DNA of 64,000 nt from Macrostomum hystrix (lineage: Eukaryota > Animalia > Platyhelminthes). The translations under genes and the position numbers were made by a program. Location of the stretch: positions 2,728,001 through 2,792,000 of the forward strand of contig CATNEN010000039.1 in assembly GCA_950097015.1 (NCBI GenBank), read 5' to 3'. Position 1 is the first letter of the stretch, and every line of letters starts with the position of its first letter. Positions 1-13,133 of the stretch are shown here, in pieces. The notes under the pieces were generated by a model. It was not told where the DNA came from. It saw nothing but the letters and a program-made list of their open reading frames with translations, and did not search any database.

Positions 1-656
1 CTTAGATAAGCTAATCCTGTTTAGCTATCTTGCAATTTTGCAAATTAAATTGTTTTTTTTGCTTTAAATTGCATCTTAATGTTTGATATGGTTTAAAGTT
101 TATGACAAATGACAGAGTTTTTAACAATAGCATGGCACATCATATGGTCAAAGCCACATCAATGAGTTCCTGTGGCATTGGATCTACTGTTCAAAGGCCT
201 TCAGGCTTCAGCAATCTCCTGTTCTGAGTTACCCAGTCTAGGTAGTCCAACATACTGGGTATGTCTGGGTATAACTGATGGTCATACTGATAAAAATCGT
301 TAATAAATTTGTTGAACCTTGTCACTTATGGAAGTCATTGGTAGTTAAAACTTTGTTAAAGTCAAACATTAAAACATCAAATGTTGTTAAACTCTGCTAA
401 AATAGAATTTAAGGAGAAAAATATATATGTAAAAAACTGCAAGATAGCCCTGTTGTTCTTATTCTGAATATTTTACTAAAATGATTAAAATACACCTGTA
501 CAACACCAAAATATTTTAAGCCCTAATAGTTGGTTACCATATGAGTTAGAAAGCAGACAAAATTAGTCAAGATTCTACAATCTAGAAATTAAACTGTTTA
601 ATTACTAAAAAAATACAGTTTGAGCTAGGCCTAAACCTAAAAAGGCAAAGTTTATT

Positions 657-1335
657 GGCAGAGCTTATTCCCACGGTCCCGTGCCGATAATTTCAATTTT
701 ATCCACATGGATCCGTGCCGATAATTTTCTGCTTATCCACACGGCAGCTTGTATAAATAGGTCTACAACTCTTTATATATGCCGTGCCGTTAATTTCAAT
801 TTTATCCACACGGTTCTGTTCTTTGAAACGAGGCCCTTTCAGATTTGAACGTTTTGTTGAACCCTCGAGCCAATAGATCGACAAAGTTGCCAGTGTGTTA
901 CGACAGTGTTCTACATTTCGACCTACACATTAATTAACTGACATTAATGTCATCCTTTTTAATTATTTTAATAACAACTTACTAAATCTTTTGTCATCGT
1001 TACGTGTTTTCATTCAAATTGTATTGACTTAAAGAGTAAAAAGTCTATCAAAGAAAATCATACGAGTCAACCAGCAGAATTCTAGTCAGCATCAAACTTG
1101 TCACACATTATACATCATTGTTATTATTTTACACTATTCATTGATAGTGTACACTATACACTATACTCTGAAGCAAAAGCCTTATGCTCAGAGAAGAATT
1201 AGAATAGGTACGTAGGGACTTGAAAGTAGACCTATTCATACAAGCTGCCGTGTGGATAAGCAGAAAATTATCGGCACGGATCCGTGTGGATAAAATTGAA
1301 ATTATCGGCACGGGACCGTGGGAATAAGCACTTCC
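657..1335. mobile_element. Non-autonomous TIR DNA transposon (MITE), Mutator-like
   Basis: About 110-bp terminal inverted repeats (ggcagagcttattcccacggtcccgtgccgataattt...ataggtctac / gtagacctat...ccgtgggaataagcacttcc). Flanked by a perfect 9-bp direct repeat aagtttatt (648-656 and 1336-1344). No transposase ORF inside. Confidence 0.88.
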
Positions 1336-2117
1336 AAGTTTATTTTAAATTTGACAATAAAGCCAAGTCAGAAATGATCTTGAACGAATAAAGAGATATT
1401 ATAGCTACATAAAGAATTAAACAAAATTAGCTTATGCCTACTACGATCACTTAAATATACTTGTTAGGCTGATAGAGGAATTTTACAATTCATACATACA
1501 CACACATTGCGGCACACATACAGTTTACAAAAACGATTCCTAATAAAAGTAAAGTCGCGCCGAAATGCTATAGAAAGTGTAATATTCTTGGGTACTCATT
1601 TTAAATGTACGACTCTTTATATTTATGCCATTTTTTATATTGCAACGTGTTACCTTTTGTATTTATAATCGATTGCTTTTTAATTGTAACAAATTTGTTT
1701 TAACGATGATATCAAATTTATAATAAAATAAATATAGTCAATCAATAAGAGTTCGCGCTGATTCAGCAGTTTGCACCAAGGTTCGAATATCAGAAGATTT
1801 GAACGCGGCCTTCGACATACTCTTTTATTACAAAAGTGAAATTTAAAGATGGTTTTCGCCGGTTTTAAAAAAAGTCAAACAAACACTACGTTTGGTATTA
1901 AAAATAAAACTCTTCAACAAACCACTTTCCTAGATCAGATGCCTATAAAACTCTATGCGCTTACTAAGAGCTTGTACTTTTACTTGTACAGCCTGGTTGT
2001 AAAATGGGCCTTCAAAATATAGGCAGTGGCTAGAGATCCGGCACCGGACCCAAATGCTAAACGACTAGAGTTCTAATAGTTCTTCCTTAAAAAACGTTTT
2101 GTAGCTTTAGTTGATAA

Positions 2118-2192
2118 GCACAGCTAGCCCAATCGGTAGAGCATAGGACTCTTAATTCCAGGGCTGTGGGTGGAGTTGCCCATGCCCGTGCG
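2118..2192 (+). pseudogene. Degenerate tRNA-Lys(CTT)-like sequence (tRNA pseudogene or SINE head)
   Basis: gctagcccaatcggtagagcataggactcttaattccaggg closely follows the eukaryotic tRNA-Lys(CTT) D-arm and anticodon arm. The T-loop (gtggagttg instead of gttcga) and acceptor stem are degraded. Confidence 0.6.
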
Positions 2193-2984
2193 ATGACGAG
2201 TGATGTGATACAAATGGCCGTTGAGTGGAAACCCATCGTTGAGTTGTTGCTGCTGCTGCTATATTGTTGTTTTTTGGATTCACTGCATTCGAGCAGAAGG
2301 TTCCAGATCGAATGATTAACAATCGTCGCACTCTCTGCTTAGAGGGCGAGAGTACTTCGAATTTTTAAAGCAAGACTAGGTATAAAAATAGAGAACTGGA
2401 GGTATAGATAAAAATAAAAATGAATATCATAGCACATTGGATAATGCTTTTGTTTTTTGGCGTTTGGCTATGCTGCATCAGTGGGGTATGTTTATTATTT
2501 TTTGAACTTTTGACTTCTGCCAATTACGAGAACAGAAATGCATCTCGTAGAACAGAATTGTATCTCTCTCGTATTGGCGAAAGCAGCCCGATAAGAAAAC
2601 CGGTTCAGCCGCCTGTGCAGCCTTCTTTGGCAAGGCGATCAGGCAGCTCAGGCAGACGCAGTGTCCCGAGACCTACGACACGATATGGTACATGGATGTT
2701 ACAAAGACCACGTGGACAACGTAGCTGCTGAGCAATACCTCTGGCTCTCCGTCAAACACGTCCGATTCGATGAAGAATGGTACAATATTAGAGATAGACA
2801 ACAATCAGGTTCTTCAGCGTGTTCATTGTATACGCTCGCAGTAGTTTTAACATTTTTTGTATTTGCTCCAGTCAAGACAGAACAGTAACGCTCAAGTCTG
2901 TTTATTAATTCCAGGAAAACGAACAAAATGTAAACACCGTTTCTGGCGTCTCGATAGGCTGGTGCTTGCTGTCAGCCCACGGCT

Positions 2985-4072
2985 CTAGAGCTGCAGCATC
3001 AGTCGGATGCTCTTCAGAGAATTCGCCTCGTCAACTGCATTCCAGAACATTGCAGAAGCATTTGGCATCCGAGACCCGAAGTAGAATCCGTTCGGGTTGC
3101 AATGCCTGCAATCCTTAAACCACCAGCCTCCGAAACCACCGATAGCCTGAGAGCAGGAGTCACTCCTGACATCATTGTCCCTGTCCATTGTGGAGAACTG
3201 CATTCCCTTGTGATAGGTGAGCGCATCAGCGGTTGTATTCGAGCTGCCATTCAGGTAGGAGTCGAAGGTCATGGCGTAGTTGGTGCTTGCCTTGCCCACC
3301 GAGAAACCCGAGTACTCGCACACGAACAGATCATTGGACCAGGTGACAGCCTCCACTCTCAGCAGTCTCGGTGAGCTGCCTGTCAGCTCGTGGATCGAGC
3401 GCAGACCTGGTTGAAGGTGAGAAAAGTAGTTCTGTCTCTGAGGAAAAAGTATCCCATTCCTGACAGCCTGAGCTCACCGATCCAGAACTCGGCGCCGTCT
3501 CCGAAGCCGCTCTCGTACTCAGTCCAGCCGCGCGCGAAGCTCACACTGCCAGTCGACCGCTGCTGAATGATGCGGAACCGTCGGCCGTCAGTCATGAGCA
3601 GAGCCGTGGCTGAAGTTCAGATAAGTGAGGCCTTCCCAATAAGAATATGTGCATCAAAGTCTGTAGCCTCAAAAGAGCCAAAAAAGGTCTCACGAAACTT
3701 GGTCCACGACCTTCGATAGACGGAGGCGCTGGGAGCTGCGGCAGAGAAGTCGGCATTCCAGGCGACCGACAGCAGGCAGAGCAGAGTCCCTGGCACGAAG
3801 GCCGTGGCGGAGCAGCCGGAGCCGAGGGCCTGGCACCTCAGGGCGCAGTCAGTCTCGCTTCGTCCAGGCGCTGACGTCAGCCCCGATGCGAATTCCGGAA
3901 TAGCCGACTTCCTTGAGAACTCTACATTTTGAGTCGATGCAGCATGCTTTTGTGAAAGAGGTGAGCGACATGCAGGTGAAGTTGTGTGTTGAGCTTGCTT
4001 ACCTTCTGCTGAGCCTGTAGCGAGAAGAGCAGCAACACAGGCTGTGGCAGCTAGTGCAGTGACGACTGACAT
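2985..4072 (-). CDS. Secreted fibrinogen-related protein with an N-terminal PAN/apple-like domain
   Basis: Exons 4072-4003, 3921-3694, 3609-3478, 3406-2985, all GT-AG and phase-compatible. Signal peptide MSVVTALAATACVAALLATGSAE; PAN-like SETDCALRC..GCSATAF..CLL; FBG motifs IIQQR, SFARGWTEYESGFG, EFWIGL, GMQFSTMDRDND, GGWWFKDC..NPNG. Confidence 0.88.
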
Positions 4073-4249
4073 TTTCGGTTCACGAATTTTCCAGTGACGA
4101 TTCGAGCTTTGCCAGTTCTATGAGCTGCACCTATTATGACAGCTTGACACCTGTTGCAGCAACCGCCATCGGTTTGTAGAAGCTGGCAGATCTATTCCTA
4201 TTGGATCATGAAATTTGAGTAGTTCTAGCCCTGTGTTTACTTTGTCAAT

Positions 4250-6150
4250 CAGCAAGCTCAACTAGTTGTAAATTGGGTTCCAGAATCATCAGAAAAAACG
4301 AGCGCCATTATCCATTCCTAGGTTTTCTCGTATCACTTGCCTCTTCCAATCCTTCCGTCCATTAGTTTTAAGTGAAGCCTTAATGATGGCATGCCCGGAA
4401 GACACGAAGAAGGCGTAATTGCTGTCTGTTCGGTCATTTTCAACTAATTCAATCGTCTTCTGCCGCATTCGTGTTGCAATTAGTGCAGTTCTAGGTAGAT
4501 TTTCCTTCAATTATAGCGATTCCATCAGTCCAATATTAGTGAGCCATCGTTGAAATAGTGAGTAATGCAAACACTTTTAAGCCCTCGATACTGCTGGGCT
4601 AAGTAACCGGCCTGCCTGATTGGGTCCTTGTGGGAACGGGAGTTCCGACAATCTCGACGCCTAGTTTCGTCCAGCTCATAGAAAGCAATATCAGGAACAT
4701 CTGTAGATTTGCAATATGCAGATTGAGTTATGCTAAATTTCTTCGTATAAGATTATTGGCAGTTGTAACTTCTAGCGCATATTTTACGAGTGGAATCCAA
4801 AATTAATTAGGAATCTAGTTACTGTGGTTATAAAAGTAAATTATCGTTGCTAAGGACGCAACATGCTGCAAGCAAAGTATGTCACACCGCAGCTGTTTCT
4901 GGAGCCTCTGTCATCCATCTTGGACTTTAGTTTACACTTTCGACAGGGTACCCTTTTCAAATATTTTTCCGGAGAATGCAAAGCCTTAAGAGTTTAATAG
5001 AAATGGCTTTGCTTGGATGCTTTTTCAATCCATTGTCTCCGATGGACTGCGAATTGGGCCTCAAAGCTTGATTTGTGGGTTTTAGTCGACCTTGTCAAAT
5101 TGCTGCTTGGGCAGTTAAACATCTGCCGAATTTTCGCAGCTATTCCAACACCACTGAAAGCTGGGTCGCCCAACAATGAGTCTATATTGCATGGGGTCCT
5201 CTGTTCCATTTGAGTTTATGTGAAAGCCCAGATGCTTCCAGCTCTCCAGTTCTGCAGATTTATTTTGGAGCCTGAAGGAATGACACAATTCGGAGAGACC
5301 TTTTTGAATTTCGGCGGGATCCTCGCCAAATACCACGAGATCGCCACAGTACAGCAGATTGTTGATTGCGTCACCTTTTACTTGAGTATGGCCATCAAAC
5401 ACCGAATTTTGAGTACTGAGCTCAACAGATCTATGTATAATGAGAATATCAGAGGACAGAGTCTCAGGCCGTTAGAAATGATTCTCCGTGGCTAAGCCTT
5501 CTGATCCTTAAATTAGATTTTGCTCCCGAATAGCCTTGATCATTTCGAGGTTTCCGCCTAGCCCAAATAGTATGGTAGAATGCACCATGTCAAAAGCACC
5601 TTTTTTCAAAGACGGCAATTAAAAATAATAAAAAATAATTGAACGAGGGCCGTGGACAATGGCGCATCATTTGGTTAGACTAGACCCGCAGCCAGCGAGA
5701 GTGCAATTCTGCTCATTTCGCTGACTCCTGAGCACACACGCACACAGATACTGTACGCGGGCACACGTTCACACAGGTGTGTGCTCATCTGCCCCGATTT
5801 TCTCATCTCACACTCCACTGTGCCTTGGAGGTTAGCCGTTAATGGCGTAAATTGCACGACAAGCCCCCAAGTATTCTCCCCGAGGCTGCGCCCCAAATGA
5901 ATGTGGCCTCGCCGCGGAATCGAGCTCAGGGGCCTTGGTGCGAGAGGCAAACGCGATAACCCCTGAAGAAGACCATACAGCAAGGTTTCTTTTTGCACTT
6001 TTTTTACTGTGGATGAGGGTTAGAAAGGTGACTATGTGATCAGCTGTCCTGTACCCCTTTCTACTGCCTATTTGGTTTTCTGATAGCAGACCTGAGCTCT
6101 TGATGTAGGACTCCAGTTTCTGGGTCACTATCGATGAAAACAGTCTGGCT
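4250..6150 (-). mobile_element. Degraded non-LTR retrotransposon (LINE) reverse transcriptase remnant, interrupted by a SINE
   Basis: Frameshifted RT motifs in the expected order: LLSENQIGSRKGYRTADHI (6128-6000), AFDMVH (~5600), CPLIFSLYI (~5450), LLYCGDLVVF (YADD-like, ~5350), KHLGFHI (~5230). The left boundary is approximate. Confidence 0.75.
5640..5985 (-). mobile_element. tRNA-derived SINE, near full-length copy
   Basis: Minus-strand head with a B-box-like gagctcgattcc. Body aacctccaaggcacagtg...cacacctgtgtg...acagtatctgtgtgcgtgtgtgctcagg...gctggctgcgggtc...ccaaatgat is shared with 5 other loci. T/TTA-rich tail. Splits the LINE RT. Confidence 0.75.
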
Positions 6151-6212
6151 TTTGCGGCGAAAACGTTAATCGGTCAGTAGTTCGATGGGTCATGGCGCGG
6201 GCCAGCGCGGGC

Positions 6213-7260
6213 CATCATTCCATCCTTCCATCCTTCCATCCTTCCATCCTTCCATCCTTCCATCCTTCCATTCTACCATCCTACCATCCTTCCATCCTTC
6301 CATCCTTCCATCCTTCCATCCTTCCATTCTACCATCCTACCATCCTTTCATCATTCCATCCTTCCATCCTACCATCATTCCATCCTTCCATCCTACCATC
6401 ATTCCATCCTTCCATCCTTCCATCCTACCATCATTCCATCCTTCCATCCTTCCATCCTACCATCATTCCATCCTTCCATCCTACCATCCTTCCATCCTTC
6501 CATCATTCTATTCTTCCATCCTACCATTCTTCCATCCTACCATCATTCCATCCTTCCATCCTACCATCCTTCCATCCTTCCATCATTCTATTCTTCCATT
6601 CTTCCATCCTTCCATCCTTCCATCCTTTTATCATTCCATCCTTCCATCCTTCCATCATTCCATCCTTCCATCATTCCATCATTCCATCCTTCCATCATTC
6701 AATCATTCAATCATTCAATCATTCCATCATTCCATCATTCCATCATTCCATCCTTCCATCATTCCATCCTTCCAACCTTCCATCCTACCAATATTCCATC
6801 CTTCCATCCTTCCATCCTTCCATCCTTCCATCATTCTATTCTTCCATCCTACCATCCTTCCATCCTTCCATCATTCTATTCTTCCATCCTACCATTCTTC
6901 CATCCTACCATCATTCCATCCTTCCATCCTACCATCCTTCCATCCTTCCATCATTCTATTCTTCCATCCTTCCATCCTTCCATCCTTCCATCCTTCCATC
7001 ATTCTATTCTTCCATCCTACCATTCTTCCATCCTACCATCATTCCATCCTTCCATCCTACCATCCTTCCATCCTTCCATCATTCTATTCTTCCATCCTTC
7101 CATCCTTCCATCCTTCCATCCTTTTATCATTCCATCCTACCATCCTTCCATCATTCCATCCTTCCATCATTCCATCATTCCATCCTTCCATCATTTCATC
7201 ATTCCATCATTCCATCATTCAATCATTTTATCCTTCCATCATTTCATCCTTCTATTCTTC
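6213..7260. repeat. Degenerate CCAT/CCTT microsatellite array
   Basis: About 1 kb of ttccatcc/ttccatca/taccatcc units. Confidence 0.95.
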
Positions 7261-7479
7261 TACTAGAATTTTAAATTGCATATTATTTACATTTTTATCG
7301 TTTTTTTCGAATCTTATTTCATCCTTCAAAAATATATATTGAAGACGATTTTCTTAACCCGCTACTGACAGTAGAAAGAGTAGCGTACATTTCTTGTCCT
7401 TCTTCTAAACGGAATATCTGTCTGCGCTTGTACGATTTGCTTCAGTTGACGGGGATAGATTGCTGAAGGGCCTGAAGGT

Positions 7480-7790
7480 ACCTATCATTTGGTGACAGCA
7501 GGACCCGAAGCCAGCGATAGGGAATTTAGCCGATTCCTCTGACTGCTGAAGGCACTGGCACACAGATACTGTTCGCAGGCAGACACTCACACAGGTGTGT
7601 ACATCTGCCCTGACTTTCTCATTGTCAATTACGCTGGAGGTTGGCCCTTAAGGGCCCTGCGGCGCAAATCCCACAACAAGCCCTCTCTTCTCTCTGCGGC
7701 TGCGCCCCAACTAAATTTTCGCCGCAGATTCGAGCTCAAGACCTTGGTGCTAGAGGTAGAGTCGTCAGTGCGCTGAATATGATTTCCCAG
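7480..7790 (-). mobile_element. tRNA-derived SINE, second near full-length copy
   Basis: Same head (gcaccaaggtcttgagctcgaatctgcggcg) and body as 5640-5985. Confidence 0.72.
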
Positions 7791-8559
7791 TCAAGCCTAA
7801 GCTCTCAGAATCATGCAATTCAGGCTGGCAAATTTGCAGGCGCAACAGCTGGTTCTGAGACACCTGACCAGAGCTGACTCACGGCTTCCACGTGGCAAAT
7901 TGCTCATTTTTAACTCAAGCCTTGAACCAGGCACCAACCAGCACATCTTGAAACAGAGGGGCCCGCATGCTGCGGATTCACAAACTGAGCTCAATTTCTT
8001 ATGAGCATGAGCGGAGCAGTCTTGAGTATGAGTTGAATTGGTGCGGGCTCATTGATAGGGGCGCGGGTGTTGCACGGCTAGCCCCAGGTCTTTGTTAGCG
8101 TGACTCAGTCTTGGTTGGCGCGTGGATGGCAAGCGAAGCGTGTTTGACTTGTTTGACTCTCTTACCAAGGAGAAGGCAGGCAATGTGCGGGCTGGGGGAA
8201 ATCTTGGAAATCTGAGGTGATAAACCAGACCCATGAGCCCGCACATTCTGCTCATTATGCATGCTCAAAATTTCCCCGTGGGGGCGTCCCATTGTTATCC
8301 CCATAGCCCACATTTTCACGCAGACTCCACTTGGGGCGCTTCTTGTCACTGAGTTTCCCTTTGGCTGGCTTGCAATGGGGATCTGAGTGATAAGCGGAGG
8401 AGACAAGGGTTTGGGGGCTTGTTTTCTGCTGGTTGATGAGGGCTTTGAGGCGCCTTAGCAACTGGCCCTGGAATCGATCATGCGAGCGGCTTCTTCCCCC
8501 CTCCTACTCAGGAATTTCGCTGTGCAGTCAAGTAAAGGGCGCCCTGCTCGTGCATGCGT

Positions 8560-8681
8560 AGTTAGATTGATAAATTGGTAGATAGATTGATAGATAGATT
8601 GATAGATAGATAGGTAGGTAGGTAGATAGGTAGATAGATAGAGAGAGATAGATAGATAGATAGATAGAGAGATAGAGAAAG

Positions 8682-8716
<35 letters not shown>

Positions 8717-8797
8717 GAGAGATAGATAGATAGATAGAGAGAGATAGATAGATAGATAGATAGATAGACAGATAGATAGATAGATAAATAGAGAAAG

Positions 8798-8828
<31 letters not shown>

Positions 8829-8993
8829 GAGAGATAGATAGATAGATAGATAGAGAGATAGAGAGAGATAGATAGATAGATAGAGAGAGATAGATAGATA
8901 GATAGAGAGATAGATAGGTAGATAGAGAGATAGATAGATAGGTAGATAGAGAAAGAGACAGATAGATAGATAGATAGATAGATAGAGAGATAG

Positions 8994-9064
<71 letters not shown>

Positions 9065-9135
9065 GATAGATAGATAGAGAGAGAAAGAGATAGATAGATA
9101 GATAGAGAGAGAGAGATAGATAGATAGATAGAGAG

Positions 9136-9166
<31 letters not shown>

Positions 9167-9198
9167 GAGATAGAGATAGATAGATAGATAGGTAGATA
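8560..9198. repeat. (GATA)n/(GA)n microsatellite
   Basis: Direct inspection. Confidence 0.97.
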
Positions 9199-9871
9199 AA
9201 GTAGCTTTCACAGAGATCTCATTGTATCGAATTGCACAGGCAATCTAGACTGCAATTACTTTCACTATAGAAGCAGAATTCTGTGACAGAATGTGGGAAT
9301 GGTATTTCAAGTTGTGACGGCAAATTATAGGTAAATTATCTTAAAATGGTTACATCCGAGAAATTGGTTCGCAATCACACATCCTAAAACACAAGCAAGA
9401 TATAATTCCTTATGAATTTGTCAACCCTTGAGAATAGCACAGACAGATGGCGGCACAATCATTGCTTTGCTGAAGTGTTATTTCCACATTTATTAAAAAT
9501 GAAACACTAAAAAAACTAAAGCTTTGCCCGCCGTGCTCAAATAACAAGTTTGGGAGGCGGAGCTGGGCCCGAGTGTTTGTCTGCTCGTGATGGACAAGAA
9601 CAAGGACTCACAGGGACTTTCCGTCAACAGATGGCAGCGGGCGGTGAAAGCACTGCTTGCTGGGATTTCTTTCAGTATGCGGCTTTTTTCGCAACCTTCT
9701 GCCCCTTTAATTCGCCTCCGGCCTGTCGGAATTCCATTGATGTTCCACAATGCCCTGACTTCCCCTGCGGAACGGCATTTTCAAGCTTGTTGAGTTTTAC
9801 GTATTATTACTCATTTCTTTCGGAGGCCACGTACGAACTTGTCCCAGAACTCGGTCAGCTAAGGCTTGTCA

Positions 9872-10897
<1,026 letters not shown>

Positions 10898-11229
10898 AGG
10901 CTCCGATTCAAAGCCCAGTCTAAAAACAAAAGGATCCGCGGGCAATAAAACGTGGAAACGCTTTACAAATCATTGTAAAGCGTTGCGGGCATCAGTTTTC
11001 GGATAGATTATAAAATGTTTACTCTAATCACTTTTTAAGTAAGACAGGAAATCGCAATATTTATAGTTTGTCACTTTTTATATCGCTTGCCATAGAAATC
11101 CGGGACCCACCGCGGCAAAAACTTCGTGATCCGTGATCGCATTGGAAGACTTTTTATTGCGCATGACAACGTTTCCGATTTCGTGACGACCAATTGGTTT
11201 ATAATCAGTCAGGAAATGCACCGGCGAAC

Positions 11230-12222
11230 ATTGAAGGAAAGAAAAAAGAAGGAAGACATGAAGGAACGAATGAAGGAATTAACGAATGAAGGAATTAAAG
11301 AATGAAGGAATTAACGAATGAAGGAATTAACGAATAAAGGAACAAAAGAACGAATGGAAGAAGGAACGATGGGAGGAGGGAATGAAGTGAGGAAGGAATG
11401 AAGGGGGAAGGTATGAAGTGAGGAAGGAATGAAGTGAGGAAGGAATGAAGTGAGGAAGGAATGAAGGGAGGAAGGAATGAAGTGAGGAAGGAATGAAAGG
11501 AGGAAGGAATGAAGTGAGGAAGGTATGAAGTGAGGAAGGAATGAAGTGAGGAAGGAATGAAGTGAGGAAGGAATGAAGTGAGGAAGGAATGAAGTGAGGA
11601 AGGAATGAAGTGAGGAAGGAATGAAGTGAGGAAGGAATGAAGGGAGGAAGGAATGAAGTGAGGAAGGAATGAAAGGAGGAAGGAATGAAGTGAGGAAGGA
11701 ATGAAGGGAGGAAGGAATGAAGTGAGGAAGGAATGAAGGGAGGAAGGAATGAAGTGAGGAAGGAATGAAGGGAGGAAGGAATGAAGTGAGGAAGGAATGA
11801 AGTGAGGAAGGAATGAAGTGAGGAAGGAATGTAGGGAGAAAGGAATGAAGTGAGGAAGGAATGAAGTGAGGAAGGAATGAAGGGAGGAAGGAATGAAGTG
11901 AGGAAGGGATGAAGGGAGAAAGGAATGAATGGAGGAAGGGATGAAGGGAGGAAGGAATGAAGGGAGGAAGGACTGAAGGGAGGAAGGGATGAAGGGAGAA
12001 AGGACTGAAGGGAGGAAGGGATGAAGGGAGAAAGGAATGAAGGGAGGAAGGCATGAAGAGAGGAAGGAATGAAGTGAGGAAGGAATGAAGGGAGGAAGGG
12101 ATGAAGGGAGGAAGGCATGAAGGGAGGAAGGAATGAAGGGAGGAACGAATAAAGGGAGGAAGGCATGAAGAGAGGAAGGAATGAAGTTAGGAAGGAATGA
12201 AGGGAGGAAGGTATAATGAAGG
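11230..12222. repeat. 16-bp purine-rich minisatellite
   Basis: Unit gaaggaatgaagtgag / gaaggaatgaagggag. Confidence 0.95.
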
Positions 12223-12655
12223 GACTAAGTGTGTATCTCAAATAAGTCCAAAAAGCATTGCTAATTCTGCAACTTAGATAATTATCTTTATATTCGTGTA
12301 TTCACTTTGGCTAGAACACTAGTAGTTTATGGGGAAATCCCTACTGGATTGGAATCGAATGGCAATTCGGCACGGCATGTGGGCGCGGGAAGAGGGCAAG
12401 GGCAGGGGATGAGGGCTGGCGCCCGCATGCCTGGAAACTGGGAGTTAAAAGAAAATTGAAGACCGTGAAGAAGAATGCGGGACAATGAGAAGAAGTTTTG
12501 TGAAATATCCGGGTGGCTCCTGTATGGAATTCTAGACCGACCATAGAATCTTAAGTTTATGCAGAGTTCCCTGACTAATCATTACGAATTCGACTGCTAA
12601 TATCGACTGCTTTTATCGACGGAATTTTTTGGAAATAGGAAATCTGAGCATTAAC

Positions 12656-13133
12656 AATGTTCACAATCCTCATTCACAGTGTTCACAATCCTCATTCACA
12701 GTGTTCACAATCCTCATTCACAGTGTTCACAATCCTCATTCACAGTGTTCACAATCCTCATTCACAGTGTTCACAATCCTCATTCACAGTGTTCACAATC
12801 CTCATTCACAGTGTTCACAATCCTCATTCACAGTGTTCACAATCCTCATTCACAGTGTTCACAATCCTCATTCACAGTGTTCACAATCCTCATTCACAGT
12901 GTTCACAATCCTCATTCACAGTGTTCACAATCCTCATTCACAGTGTTCACAATCCTCATTCACAGTGTTCACAATCCTCATTCACAGTGTTCACAATCCT
13001 TATTCACAGTGTTCACAATCCTCATTCACAGTGTTCACAATCCTCATTCGCAGTGTTCACAATCCTCATTCACAGTGTTCACAATCCTCATTCACAGTGT
13101 TCACAATCCTCATTCACAGTGTTCACAATCCTC
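12656..13133. repeat. 22-bp minisatellite
   Basis: Unit tgttcacaatcctcattcacag, nearly perfect. Confidence 0.96.

Noticed and set aside
699-1294. Five TTATCCACA 9-mers (bacterial DnaA-box consensus) suggesting an oriC
   Set aside because: They are the sub-repeats of the MITE's inverted termini, bounded by a 9-bp TSD, in clearly eukaryotic DNA.
2214-2888. Short plus-strand ORFs with hydrophobic ends (possible secreted or GPI-anchored gene)
   Set aside because: No consistent splice model or recognisable domain; left unannotated.
7900-8530. GC-balanced unique block with short ORFs
   Set aside because: No recognisable protein motif in the frames examined.
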